Source of the DNA: Phycisphaerae bacterium
GTDB lineage: Bacteria; Planctomycetota; Phycisphaerae; UBA1845; Fen-1342
Assembly (NCBI GenBank): GCA_963675745.2
Contig: CAXXWX010000014.1
Coordinates: 1 to 47,167 of the forward strand
Direction of reading: 5' to 3'
DNA: 47,167 bases
Shown here: in pieces, positions 19,384 to 28,000 of the stretch
Layout: every line of letters begins with the position of its first letter
Position numbering within the stretch: position 1 is the stretch's first letter
The notes under the pieces: model-generated
Told to the model about the DNA's origin: nothing
The model's database searches: none
What the model saw: the letters and a program-made list of their open reading frames with translations, nothing else
Made by a program: the position numbers and the translations under genes

Positions 19384-19450
19384 GTGTGCCGCTGCTCGGC
19401 GAGCCGTCAGGCGCGCCTGGGAGCAGCACTGCTCAAGAGCGGTGGCACAC
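19384..19450. repeat. REPIN (GTGTGCC..GAGC family)
   Basis: GTGTGCCGCTGCTCGGCGAGC faces GCACTGCTCAAGAGCGGTGGCACAC, the reverse complement of the family at 12370 and 42986. Confidence 0.75.
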
Positions 19451-19566
19451 CAGATCGTCTTCCTGAAGCTGCTTCTGGACGTAATCGTGGCGGCGTCACG
19501 CTATTGCCGACCGGGTTTGTCGGTCGGGGCCGGCGCCGCGTTTGAAATTGCACGGAAGGGAGATCG

Positions 19567-22500
19567 ATGCGCACGCTGCCGGCAAACTGCACACACCTTA
19601 TTGTGGCCTCACTGATACTGATCCTGGGGGGCGCAGTCGCGTCCGCCACTCCGGACTTCGTCGAGCACATCCCCGCCAACCAGGTATACGGTGAGCCCGC
19701 CGGCGACACGATGCGCGATCCGGAATCGCCGGCCGCCATGGAGACGGTCGAAGCGTGGATTCGCATCGGCTACTCGTTCTGGTGGACTGATGCCGTCGCC
19801 TACTACACGACCGATGGCACCGAGCCGGCGGGGAGCTTTGGCACCCCCAGCGGTACGACCAGCGTGGTGACCGCGAGTTGGGTCCGCAATGAGCCCCACA
19901 CGCCGGACAACATTGACTGGTGCATGGCCACGTTGCCGGGTTTCGCCGCGGGGACCACGGTCAAGTACAAACTCAGCTCGTGGCACAATGGCGGCGGCGC
20001 GGAGGTTTTTGCCAACAACTACGGCTGCGCCGATGGCACGTGCGACGACCCCGGCGCGCCGCAAGCCGTTTTCGAGTACACCGTCAGTGGGGGTGGCGGC
20101 GACACGTTGCCCTGGCCGGGGGCCGGGGCCGGCGCGGCCGATCCGAACGTCGGCTATCCGCCGGTTTCCTTCTGGAAGGAAGAGGGCGTCGTCGGCAACA
20201 ACTACATGAACGTGATGATCGACCAGAACGGTACCGTGTTCGACATCTATTACCCCTCCGCCGGGTGTGTGCAGGGCATGGGCACGCGCTGGGAAGGTTA
20301 TTACGGGGGGCCCGACAGCTTCCCCAACTGGATATACAGCAGCGGCCGCACCGATCTCCGCGGTCAGATGAACCTCAACCAGGCCATGGCCGGCATCCGC
20401 GTTGACGGTCTGACCTATTGGCTCAGCAACGAGAGCGGCGTCGGATACAGCAGTGTGTCACAGAACTACATCACCGACACCAACGTGACCTACACCACGG
20501 CAACGCTCACCGCCGGCGGCAACAACATCCTCGTCGATCAATACGACTTCTGCCCCAAGGATATCACCTTTCCCGATGACCAGGGCGGCAGCCCCAACCG
20601 CGGCATTTACGTCAAACGCTATCTGCTCACCAATAACGGCGCCGAGAACGAAACCGTGCAGTTCTATTACTACGCCGATGTCGCCCTCAACGGCAGCGAT
20701 GACTACGACGTGATGTTCGCCGACGACGCCCGTGGCGCCATGGCGGCTTACGACAACACCCAGCGCAACACCAGCAGCTCCGGCGAGTACAACCCAACCT
20801 CATTTAGCGGCTACGAGAAAGATGTCTCGGTATATCTGGCCGCTTCCATGAAGGTCGTCGACACCGTCGGTGGCGCCAGCGGCTCACCCGCCACCGGCTC
20901 GTGGCGCGAGAACGGGTCGGCTGACAACGGCCAGGGCTGGATCGGCGTCGAGATCGAACTGCCCGTGGGCGTCACCAAGGAGATCGACGTCGCAATCGTC
21001 GGCGGCTTTGATGACTACGCCGGCGCCAGCGGCACATACGACTACCAAATTGCCCCCGTGATCGACTGGTTCCAGGGCAACAGCATGTGGTCCGCCCAGG
21101 TCACCACCGAGAACTACTGGAGCAACTGGCTGGCCGGCGGCGTTACGATCGACACGCCGGATGACCGCGTTGACGAAGTTCACGCACGTGGCCTGCTCGC
21201 AACCGCGCTGCATCTGGACGGCGAGAACGGCGGCATAATCGCCGGCATGCACAACGGTGCCTATCCGTTCGTCTGGCCGCGCGACGCCGCCTGGGCCGCC
21301 ATCACACTCGCCAATACCGGCCACACCGATGAGGCCGAGGAGATCTACCGCTTCCTGCGCGATGTAGCTTACCGCGACAACGAGGCCGGCGGCGCGCCGT
21401 TCTATGGTGCCAAGGGCTTCTGGAAGCAGAAGTACACCACCGACGGCTACACCGTCTGGGCCGCGCCGCAGGTTGATGAGACCTCGTGCTTCCCGTGGGG
21501 TGCGAAGCGTATCTATGACGTCACGGATGACGTGTCATTCCTCGACGCCCACTATGCCGAGGTCTGGCAAGCCGCGATAGCCTCGAGCAGCGACAGCACC
21601 GTCGATGGCAACCTCTATTACGACGAAACGTATGACCTCGAATACTCGATGAACCTCTGGGAGGACCAGTGGGATCTGTTCGTCTATTCGAACGCCTCCA
21701 TCATCCGCGGTCTCGAAGACGCCGCCCTGATCGCAAACATCATGGACCAGGACGTTTGCCCCGGCGGCCCCGGTACCTGCAATTACCACAATGATGTGGC
21801 CGACTTCACCGCGCGGGCCAACGCGATTCGGACGGGGCTCGATGCGCGCATCGCCTGGGACGGTGAGAACACCGACATCTCGCTGATCGGCATCACCTAT
21901 CCGTTCGAGATCTACCCCCCCGGACACGCCCGCACTGAGCACATTCTCGACCGCATCAACGGCGTCGCAACCGATACCTACGGCAACAACCACCCGCTGA
22001 TGAACTTCGGCGGCGAATGGGATGGTCTCGTGAACCGCTACTGGAATGATGGCTATTGGAACAACGGCGGTGCGCCGAACCCCAACGCCAGCCCGTGGTA
22101 TCTCACGACGCTCTGGTACGGCAGCTACTACGGCCAGCGGCAGGACATCAATCCCGACAAGGCCGACATCGACAACCACATGTACCGGCTCGATCTGCTG
22201 CTGGACCGCCTCGGGCCGATCGGGTTCGGGGCCGAGCAGATCGCGCCGTCCAACAGCCTGCTATACCCGGCTCAGACAGACTTCCTGCACCAGGCCGCCT
22301 GGCCGAACGCGTGGGAGTCGATGTCGTTTTTGGTTGATTCAGTGATGCTGTTCCTCGACTACACGCCCGACGCGCGGAACAACACACTGCGCATCGAGCC
22401 CAAGCTGCCGACCGCCTGGAGCACGATGACGTTCAACAACGTTCGCGTTGGTGATCACCGCATCAACGTCACGTGCAGCGAGTCCGCCGGCGCCAGCACG

Positions 22501-22893
22501 CACACGTTCACCAACGTCACCGGCAGCGCGCTTAACGTGGACACGTACGTGCGCATTCCCTCGGGCGAGACGCCGGCGGCCGTGACGCAAAACGGCACGC
22601 CGGTCGCCTATGACTTCGATGGGACGACCGGGCGTGTGCGCGTCCAGAACACCATCGAGACCGGCATCGGCAACACGACGGTCATTCTGGTAAGTTATGG
22701 CGGTTTTGCCCCGGGTGATGTCAACTGCGATGGGCTGGTGAACAACGGCGACATCGACCCGTTCGTCCTCGCGCTCAGCAATTACGCGGCGTACCAGGCG
22801 GCGTATCCGGGTTGTGACAACGCCGACGTCAATGGTGACAGTGAGGTCAACAACGGCGACATCGACCCGTTCATCGCCGCGCTGTCAGGGTAG
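19567..22893 (+). CDS. Secreted GH15-like glucoamylase/glucodextranase ((alpha/alpha)6) with N-terminal Ig-like domain and C-terminal dockerin-like domain
   Basis: Signal peptide, YYTTDGTEP, YPFVWPRDAAW, PQVDET, NLWED (LWEE-like acid), GAEQI (base), WPNAW, C-terminal GDVNCDGLVNNGDID...ADVNGDSEVNNGDID. Confidence 0.8.
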   Translation: MRTLPANCTHLIVASLILILGGAVASATPDFVEHIPANQVYGEPAGDTMRDPESPAAMETVEAWIRIGYSFWWTDAVAYYTTDGTEPAGSFGTPSGTTSVVTASWVRNEPHTPDNIDWCMATLPGFAAGTTVKYKLSSWHNGGGAEVFANNYGCADGTCDDPGAPQAVFEYTVSGGGGDTLPWPGAGAGAADPNVGYPPVSFWKEEGVVGNNYMNVMIDQNGTVFDIYYPSAGCVQGMGTRWEGYYGGPDSFPNWIYSSGRTDLRGQMNLNQAMAGIRVDGLTYWLSNESGVGYSSVSQNYITDTNVTYTTATLTAGGNNILVDQYDFCPKDITFPDDQGGSPNRGIYVKRYLLTNNGAENETVQFYYYADVALNGSDDYDVMFADDARGAMAAYDNTQRNTSSSGEYNPTSFSGYEKDVSVYLAASMKVVDTVGGASGSPATGSWRENGSADNGQGWIGVEIELPVGVTKEIDVAIVGGFDDYAGASGTYDYQIAPVIDWFQGNSMWSAQVTTENYWSNWLAGGVTIDTPDDRVDEVHARGLLATALHLDGENGGIIAGMHNGAYPFVWPRDAAWAAITLANTGHTDEAEEIYRFLRDVAYRDNEAGGAPFYGAKGFWKQKYTTDGYTVWAAPQVDETSCFPWGAKRIYDVTDDVSFLDAHYAEVWQAAIASSSDSTVDGNLYYDETYDLEYSMNLWEDQWDLFVYSNASIIRGLEDAALIANIMDQDVCPGGPGTCNYHNDVADFTARANAIRTGLDARIAWDGENTDISLIGITYPFEIYPPGHARTEHILDRINGVATDTYGNNHPLMNFGGEWDGLVNRYWNDGYWNNGGAPNPNASPWYLTTLWYGSYYGQRQDINPDKADIDNHMYRLDLLLDRLGPIGFGAEQIAPSNSLLYPAQTDFLHQAAWPNAWESMSFLVDSVMLFLDYTPDARNNTLRIEPKLPTAWSTMTFNNVRVGDHRINVTCSESAGASTHTFTNVTGSALNVDTYVRIPSGETPAAVTQNGTPVAYDFDGTTGRVRVQNTIETGIGNTTVILVSYGGFAPGDVNCDGLVNNGDIDPFVLALSNYAAYQAAYPGCDNADVNGDSEVNNGDIDPFIAALSG

Positions 22894-22896
22894 CTG

Positions 22897-22928
22897 TCAG
22901 CGATCAGCGGTCAGCGGTCAGCAGTCAG
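22897..22928 (+). repeat. Heptamer tandem repeat (TCAGCGG-like, about 4.5 copies)
   Basis: TCAGCGA TCAGCGG TCAGCGG TCAGCAG TCAG directly after the stop codon. Confidence 0.8.
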
Positions 22929-22951
22929 TAGGGACGCTGGTGCGAGATCAC

Positions 22952-23242
22952 GCTGGTGCGAGATTCCTATCTCGCACCCACACAGGCAAAAATCTGCCGC
23001 CCGCTGGTGCGAGATTCCTATCTCGCACCCACACAAGCAGGAATCCTCTCCTGCACGCTCCGATCGCGGGAGCGGATTCCCGCCGGATGGCGTGCGAGAA
23101 AGGACTCTCGCACGAGCGGCCGTGATTTGCTGGTGCGAGATTCCTATCTCGCACCCACACAAGCAGGAATCCTTTCCTGCACGCCCGATCGCAGGACAGA
23201 TTCTCGCTGGACAACGTGCGAGAAGGGATTCTCGCACGAGCG
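22952..23242. repeat. REP cluster with tandemly duplicated composite unit
   Basis: GCTGGTGCGAGATTCCTATCTCGCACCCACACA at 22952, 23003 and 23129. Second hairpin CGTGCGAGAA(A/G)GGA(C/T)TCTCGCACGAGCGG at about 23091 and 23215. Units starting at 23003 and 23129 are diverged duplicates 126 bp apart. Confidence 0.85.
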
Positions 23243-23310
23243 GGGAGCGGGCACACGCGGTTCCAGCGGGCACGCGCGCGTTTCATGACATTGGCAGACG
23301 CCCCCTGGGC

Positions 23311-24021
23311 CTACGATGACCCGCGCCGCGACAGCAGATCCTGCTCGCATTGGATGATCAGCGATAGCGCTTCATCCGAACTCTCCGCGGCGCGCAGTGC
23401 GTCGGGCAGGTCCGTGCTGAAGAGCATCGCCAGCCGTGCCAGCACGTGCAAATGTCGCCGTTCATCGTGGCTGATCAGCAACACGAACAGGTCGGTGAGT
23501 TGCCCGTCCGAGGCACCGAAGGGTACGCCCGCCTGCACCCGGCCGATGCAGATCAACGGCTCAGCGGTCGCGTACTTCTGCGGACGGTGCGGGTGCGGAA
23601 AGGCAAACCCGTGCGGCAGGGCCGTGGATTGGACGGCCTCGCGTTCCTCGAGGGCCTTGACCAGTCCGCGGCCATCCCACACCAGCCCGGTACGCGCGGC
23701 GAGCTTCACCATCTCGCGCAGCACCGATGCCCTCGACTTGGCCGGCAAGACAAGTTCGATGGCCTCTGGCGCCAGCATATTGCTGACCACGATCTGGTTT
23801 GGGTCGTCGGCGGTGGCCTGTTCGAGGTTGTGCAAGTGGCGCGGGTCGAAGAAGTGCAGCTTGCGCTGGAGCCAGTCCAACATCTGCGCGCGGTTGAAGC
23901 GCCACTGGCCCCCGATGTATTGTCCGGGCAGGCTACCGCGGTCGGCCAGCCGCTTGACCTCGCGCGCATCCATGCCGATGTGTCGCGCGAGTTCCTCGAG
24001 TGTCATGTTGCGGTACGGCAT
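23311..24021 (-). CDS. PTS IIA (PtsN-like) protein with N-terminal helix-turn-helix (excisionase-like) domain
   Basis: MTLEELARHIG...LPGQYIGGQWRF HTH, EREAVQSTALPHGFAFPHP phosphoacceptor region, GVPFGA.DG..TDLF, HLHVLARL. Confidence 0.9.
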   Translation of the reverse strand: MPYRNMTLEELARHIGMDAREVKRLADRGSLPGQYIGGQWRFNRAQMLDWLQRKLHFFDPRHLHNLEQATADDPNQIVVSNMLAPEAIELVLPAKSRASVLREMVKLAARTGLVWDGRGLVKALEEREAVQSTALPHGFAFPHPHRPQKYATAEPLICIGRVQAGVPFGASDGQLTDLFVLLISHDERRHLHVLARLAMLFSTDLPDALRAAESSDEALSLIIQCEQDLLSRRGSS

Positions 24022-24209
24022 GGGTTCTTCCGGCGTATTTACCTGCGCGCACGTCGGCCATACGGATTCATCGACCGCAGACCCCCGCGGTTTAGTGCCG
24101 GCGCCCCATAATTCGGCACATCAGTTAGCAGACGCTGAGGCTCGATCCGCGCTGCGCAGTGCAGCAGTGCGACCCGCGCCCAACAACGCCGACGCACATC
24201 AAATGCCTG

Positions 24210-24371
24210 CTAGCTCAGAATCTCGTATACCAGGTAGACGGCGCTGCCGGCGGTAATCGCCGAAGCCCACCCGGTCACGACGGTGGCGACATCAGTGCAG
24301 GCCGGCGCCTGCAGGATAATCGAGCCGGTTGCCAGCAAGAATGCCAGTTTTTTCAGATTGTGCCTTCGCAT
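24210..24371 (-). CDS. Small 53-aa hydrophobic, possibly lipoprotein-like protein (absent from the ORF track)
   Basis: Manual translation MRRHNLKKLAFLLATGSIILQAPACTDVATVVTGWASAITAGSAVYLVYEILS*. AAGGA upstream of the ATG and a promoter-like TTGACT-N17-GATAGT further upstream. Confidence 0.7.
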   Translation of the reverse strand: MRRHNLKKLAFLLATGSIILQAPACTDVATVVTGWASAITAGSAVYLVYEILS

Positions 24372-24427
24372 TATCTAGATCCTTCGCTCCGGGTAGCAGT
24401 CCGATAGCTTTGAGGCTTCCCATGACC

Positions 24428-24456
24428 ACTATCGCGATCCCGGTGGCGTTAGTCAA
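24428..24456 (-). promoter_or_regulatory. Sigma70-type promoter for the 53-aa ORF
   Basis: Minus strand TTGACT (24456-24451), 17 bp, GATAGT (24433-24428). Confidence 0.5.
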
Positions 24457-24460
24457 TGGC

Positions 24461-24510
24461 GGGGAACGGGGAACAGGGACAGGGAACAGGGAACGGGGAA
24501 CGGGGAACAG
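24461..24510 (+). repeat. Heptamer tandem repeat (R)GGGAAC, 7 copies
   Basis: GGGGAAC GGGGAAC AGGGAC AGGGAAC AGGGAAC GGGGAAC GGGGAAC AG. Confidence 0.9.
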
Positions 24511-24606
24511 TGTGCGGTCCTGGCATAGGTTGGCACTCAGGGATGCCGAGATTGCAGCGCGCTGGCCAACCTCGGACAGTGCCTCAACGGAGGGTGCTTC
24601 AGAGGC

Positions 24607-24634
24607 TTGCACGGGTGTCAGGCCGTGGTATACT
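24607..24634 (+). promoter_or_regulatory. Sigma70 promoter of rpsU (extended -10)
   Basis: TTGCAC, 16 bp, TATACT with TG at the extended -10 position (TGGTATACT). Confidence 0.65.
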
Positions 24635-24713
24635 TAGGGGTCTTAGGCTTGCGGCAACGGGGCCGGATGCGGCTTTTTTCTGTTATCTCGGGAGTTCACA
24701 GGATGACGTGTGC

Positions 24714-24902
24714 ATGATTAAGGTCAAAGTGCGGGGCAACGAGTCAGTCGAGCAAATGGTACGTCGCTTCAAGAAGCTCTGTGAGAAGGAGGGGCTCACG
24801 CGTGAGATCAAACGCATGAGCTATTACGAGAAGCCCTCCGAGCAACGCCGCCGAAAGGCACGCAAGTCCGCCAAGCGTATCGCGCGGGATTTGGCGTTCT
24901 AG
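24714..24902 (+). CDS. rpsU: 30S ribosomal protein S21
   Basis: MIKVKVRGNESVEQMVRRFKKLCEKEGLTREIKRMSYYEKPSEQRRRK, with the S21 signatures RRFK and YEKPS. Confidence 0.95.
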   Translation: MIKVKVRGNESVEQMVRRFKKLCEKEGLTREIKRMSYYEKPSEQRRRKARKSAKRIARDLAF

Positions 24903-25030
24903 ATTCCCACCCCATAGTTTCGCAGGCAACACGCGTGTGCCCCATGGCCCGTGACGGGCATGACATGGACCTGGCGCTTACGCCGGTTCCGTACGGGCAC
25001 TTGAACCGGAAGCATCACGCACGCGTTGCG

Positions 25031-25058
25031 ACGCCGTAAGTCCGGCGTGCGTTTTCTC
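25031..25058 (+). terminator. Possible intrinsic terminator downstream of rpsU
   Basis: ACGCCG-TAAGTC-CGGCGT hairpin followed by GCGTTTTCTC. The U-tract is short. Confidence 0.4.
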
Positions 25059-25078
25059 TCCCCGATCAGCCCAGTGCC

Positions 25079-28000
25079 ATGGCGACGGCTTCCGACTCAC
25101 CGGCGGGACTGCTCAGCGATTTCTGGATCGACGTCGGCGGCACGTTCACCGACTGCGTGGCCCGCGCCACCGATGATTCGCTGCACACGCACAAGCTGCT
25201 CAGCACCGGCGTGTACCAGGGTTGTCTCGGCAGCGGTCCGACCCGGGCGCATTTCTGTGATCCACAACGCACGGGCAACCCGCCCGAGTTCTTTGCTGGC
25301 TGGCGCATGCGCATGTTCGCCCCCGGGCAGGCGGAGCCGGTTGACGAGGCCGAGGTTGCCGCGTTCGACGCCGCTGGCGGGCGTTTCACATTCAACCATC
25401 CGCTGACCGTTCAACCAGCGGCGGGCTGGCGCTATGAGCTGCGTTGCGACGACGAGGCGCCGGTCATCGGCATCCGCTGGCTGCTGGGCAAACGCCTGAA
25501 TGAGCCGGTGGGACCGATCCGCGTACGGCTGGGAACCACACGCGGTACGAATGCGCTGTTGGAGCGTCGCGGGGCCATGACGGCCCTGGTTACCACGGCG
25601 GGCTTCGGGGACATCCTCGCAATCGGCTCGCAGCAGCGACCGCACTTGTTTGACCTGGCCATTCGCAAACCCGCACCGCTTTATCGCGAGGTCATCGAGC
25701 TTGATGAGCGCGTGTCCGCCGACGGCGGCATATTGCGTGCCCTGGACGAACGCGATGCGCGCCAGCGTCTTACCGAAGCGCATGCGCGGGGCGTCGAAGC
25801 GCTCGCGGTGTGCCTGTTAAACAGCTATCGCAACGCCGTCCACGAACAACGCGTCGCCGCTCTTGCCCGCGAGATCGGCTTTGCGCATGCGTCTATATCG
25901 ACCGCCCTATCGCCGCTGCAACGCATTGTCTGGCGTGGCGAAACCACGGTAATAAACGCATACCTGACGCCGGTCATCGGCCGCTACCTTGCGTCACTGC
26001 GCGCCGCACTCCCGGAAGCGTCGCTCAAGCTGATGACCAGCGCCGGAGGGCTGGTGGACGCCGACTCGTTCGTGGCGAAGGACAGCATTCTGTCCGGCCC
26101 CGCGGCGGGCGTCGTCGGCGCCGCACATGTCGCACGCGCCGCGGGAATCAAGCGCGTGATCGGATTCGACATGGGCGGCACCAGCACTGATGTCAGCCGC
26201 TACGACGGCCGTTTCGAGCACCGCCACGAAATGGAGCTTCACGACCGCGAGAGCGGCGGGAGTATCCGCCTGTCCGCGCCGATGCTGGCGATAGAGACCG
26301 TGGCGGCCGGCGGCGGATCGATATGCGATTTCGATGGCATCAAGCCCATCGTTGGACCACGCAGCGGAGGAGCCGATCCCGGCCCGGCGTGCTACGGCCG
26401 CGGCGGGCCGCTGTGCTTGACCGACGTAAACCTCTTCCTCGGTCGTGTCACGCCGGACATGTTCCCGTTTCCGCTCGATCGAGACGCGGTGCGGCGGCGT
26501 CTGAATGAACTCGTCACGCGGATTCATGCGGCCACGAATCGTCGCTATACGCCCTATGACCTGGCCGCCGGCTATGTGGCTATCGCCAACACGCACATGG
26601 CGGCGGCGATCAAGCGCGCCTCGGTGCAGAAGGGTTACGATCCGCGCGATCACGCTTTGGTCAGCTTCGGCGGCGCCGGCGGACAGCACGCGTGTGCCGT
26701 GGCGCGCGAGCTGGGCATCACACGCATCCTCTGTCACGCCCACGCCGGCGTTCTCAGCGCCTACGGAATCGGTATGGCGGACATCTGCCGCTTCGCCGAG
26801 TTTGATGTGGGCCGGCCGCTCGACGACGCCGCGTTGAACGCCATTGAGCCGCGATTTACCGCATTGGAAGCCGATCTTCGCCAGCAGGTGGAACGCGATG
26901 GCGTCGCCGACGCGGATATCCGCCCGGCGCGTCGAATGCTGGATTTGCGTTACGCCGGCCAGGATACCGCCATCTCGATTGATGGCCCGCAGGATGGTGA
27001 CTGGCGGGCCGCCTTTGAGCGCGGACACGAGCAGCTATATGGTTTTGTACATGCCGACCGCGAGGTTGAAATCCACGCCGCGCGCCTCGAAGTTGCGGGC
27101 ACGACTTCTCAAGGTGTGCCAGCGTCGCTCCCGACTATCCCCGCATCAGCGACACCGGCGGCATTGCGGCGGGATGACGCGTACTTCGCAGGTACGCATC
27201 ACGAAACCCCGGTATACGATCGTGCGGCGTTGCCCGGCGGTGTGGTGATCACCGGGCCGGCCATTATTCTCGAGAAAACCGGCACAATCGTCGTCGAACC
27301 CGGCTGGCAGGCGGAACATGCCAGTCGCGGGGACATCCTGCTGACCGCGCAGCCGGACCGGACGACGGCGGTGCCCAGAGTGAATCGCGGCGCGACGGCC
27401 CCAGGTTCCAACTGTGATCCGATCACACTGGAGCTCTTCAACAACCGCTTCGCGGCGATCTGCGAGCAGATGGGCGCAACGCTCCAGCGCACCGCGCTTT
27501 CAACCAACGTGAAGGAGCGCTTGGATTTCTCATGCGCGGTTTACGATTCGACGGGCGACCTCGTGGCCCACGCTGCCCATATCCCCGTTCACATCGGCGC
27601 CATGGGACATTGCGTCAAGGACATGCTCGATGAGACTGGCGGGCGGTGTCGTCCGGGTGAGGTCTATATCACAAACGACCCCTACCGCGGCGGAAGTCAC
27701 TTGCCGGATGTCACTGTCATCACGCCGGCGTTTGACGAATACGCCCGACAGGTCATGTTCTACGTGGCCACTCGTGCACACCACGCCGAGATCGGCGGCA
27801 TCGCGGCCGGTTCGATGTCGCCCGCCGGCCACCGTCTGTCAGAGGAAGGCGTCTGCATCCCGCTGATGCCGCTCGTGGTGCAGGGCGCCACGCAGGATTC
27901 TCGCCCGGCCGGCGACGTGCGGTTTGACGAAGCGCGCCTGCGCGACGTGTTTGTGACGGCGGAGCACCCTTCGCGAGCATTTGACCAGAATCTGGCGGAC

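Noticed and set aside
22936..23242. CRISPR array (three identical 33-nt palindromic repeats)
   Set aside because: Spacing is irregular (51 and 126 bp), the intervening sequences are homologous to each other, and no cas genes are present. A REP cluster fits better.
24022..24460. tmRNA or another housekeeping ncRNA in the gap before rpsU
   Set aside because: No tRNA-like ends or tag peptide recognised. The gap is explained by the 53-aa ORF and its promoter.
24520..24540. Sigma54 promoter (TGGCATAGGTTGGCA)
   Set aside because: GG-to-GC spacing is one base short of the strict -24/-12 requirement.
24456..24713. N-terminal extension of S21 (148-aa ORF)
   Set aside because: It translates the heptamer repeat and promoter DNA. 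S21 similarity starts at ATG 24714.
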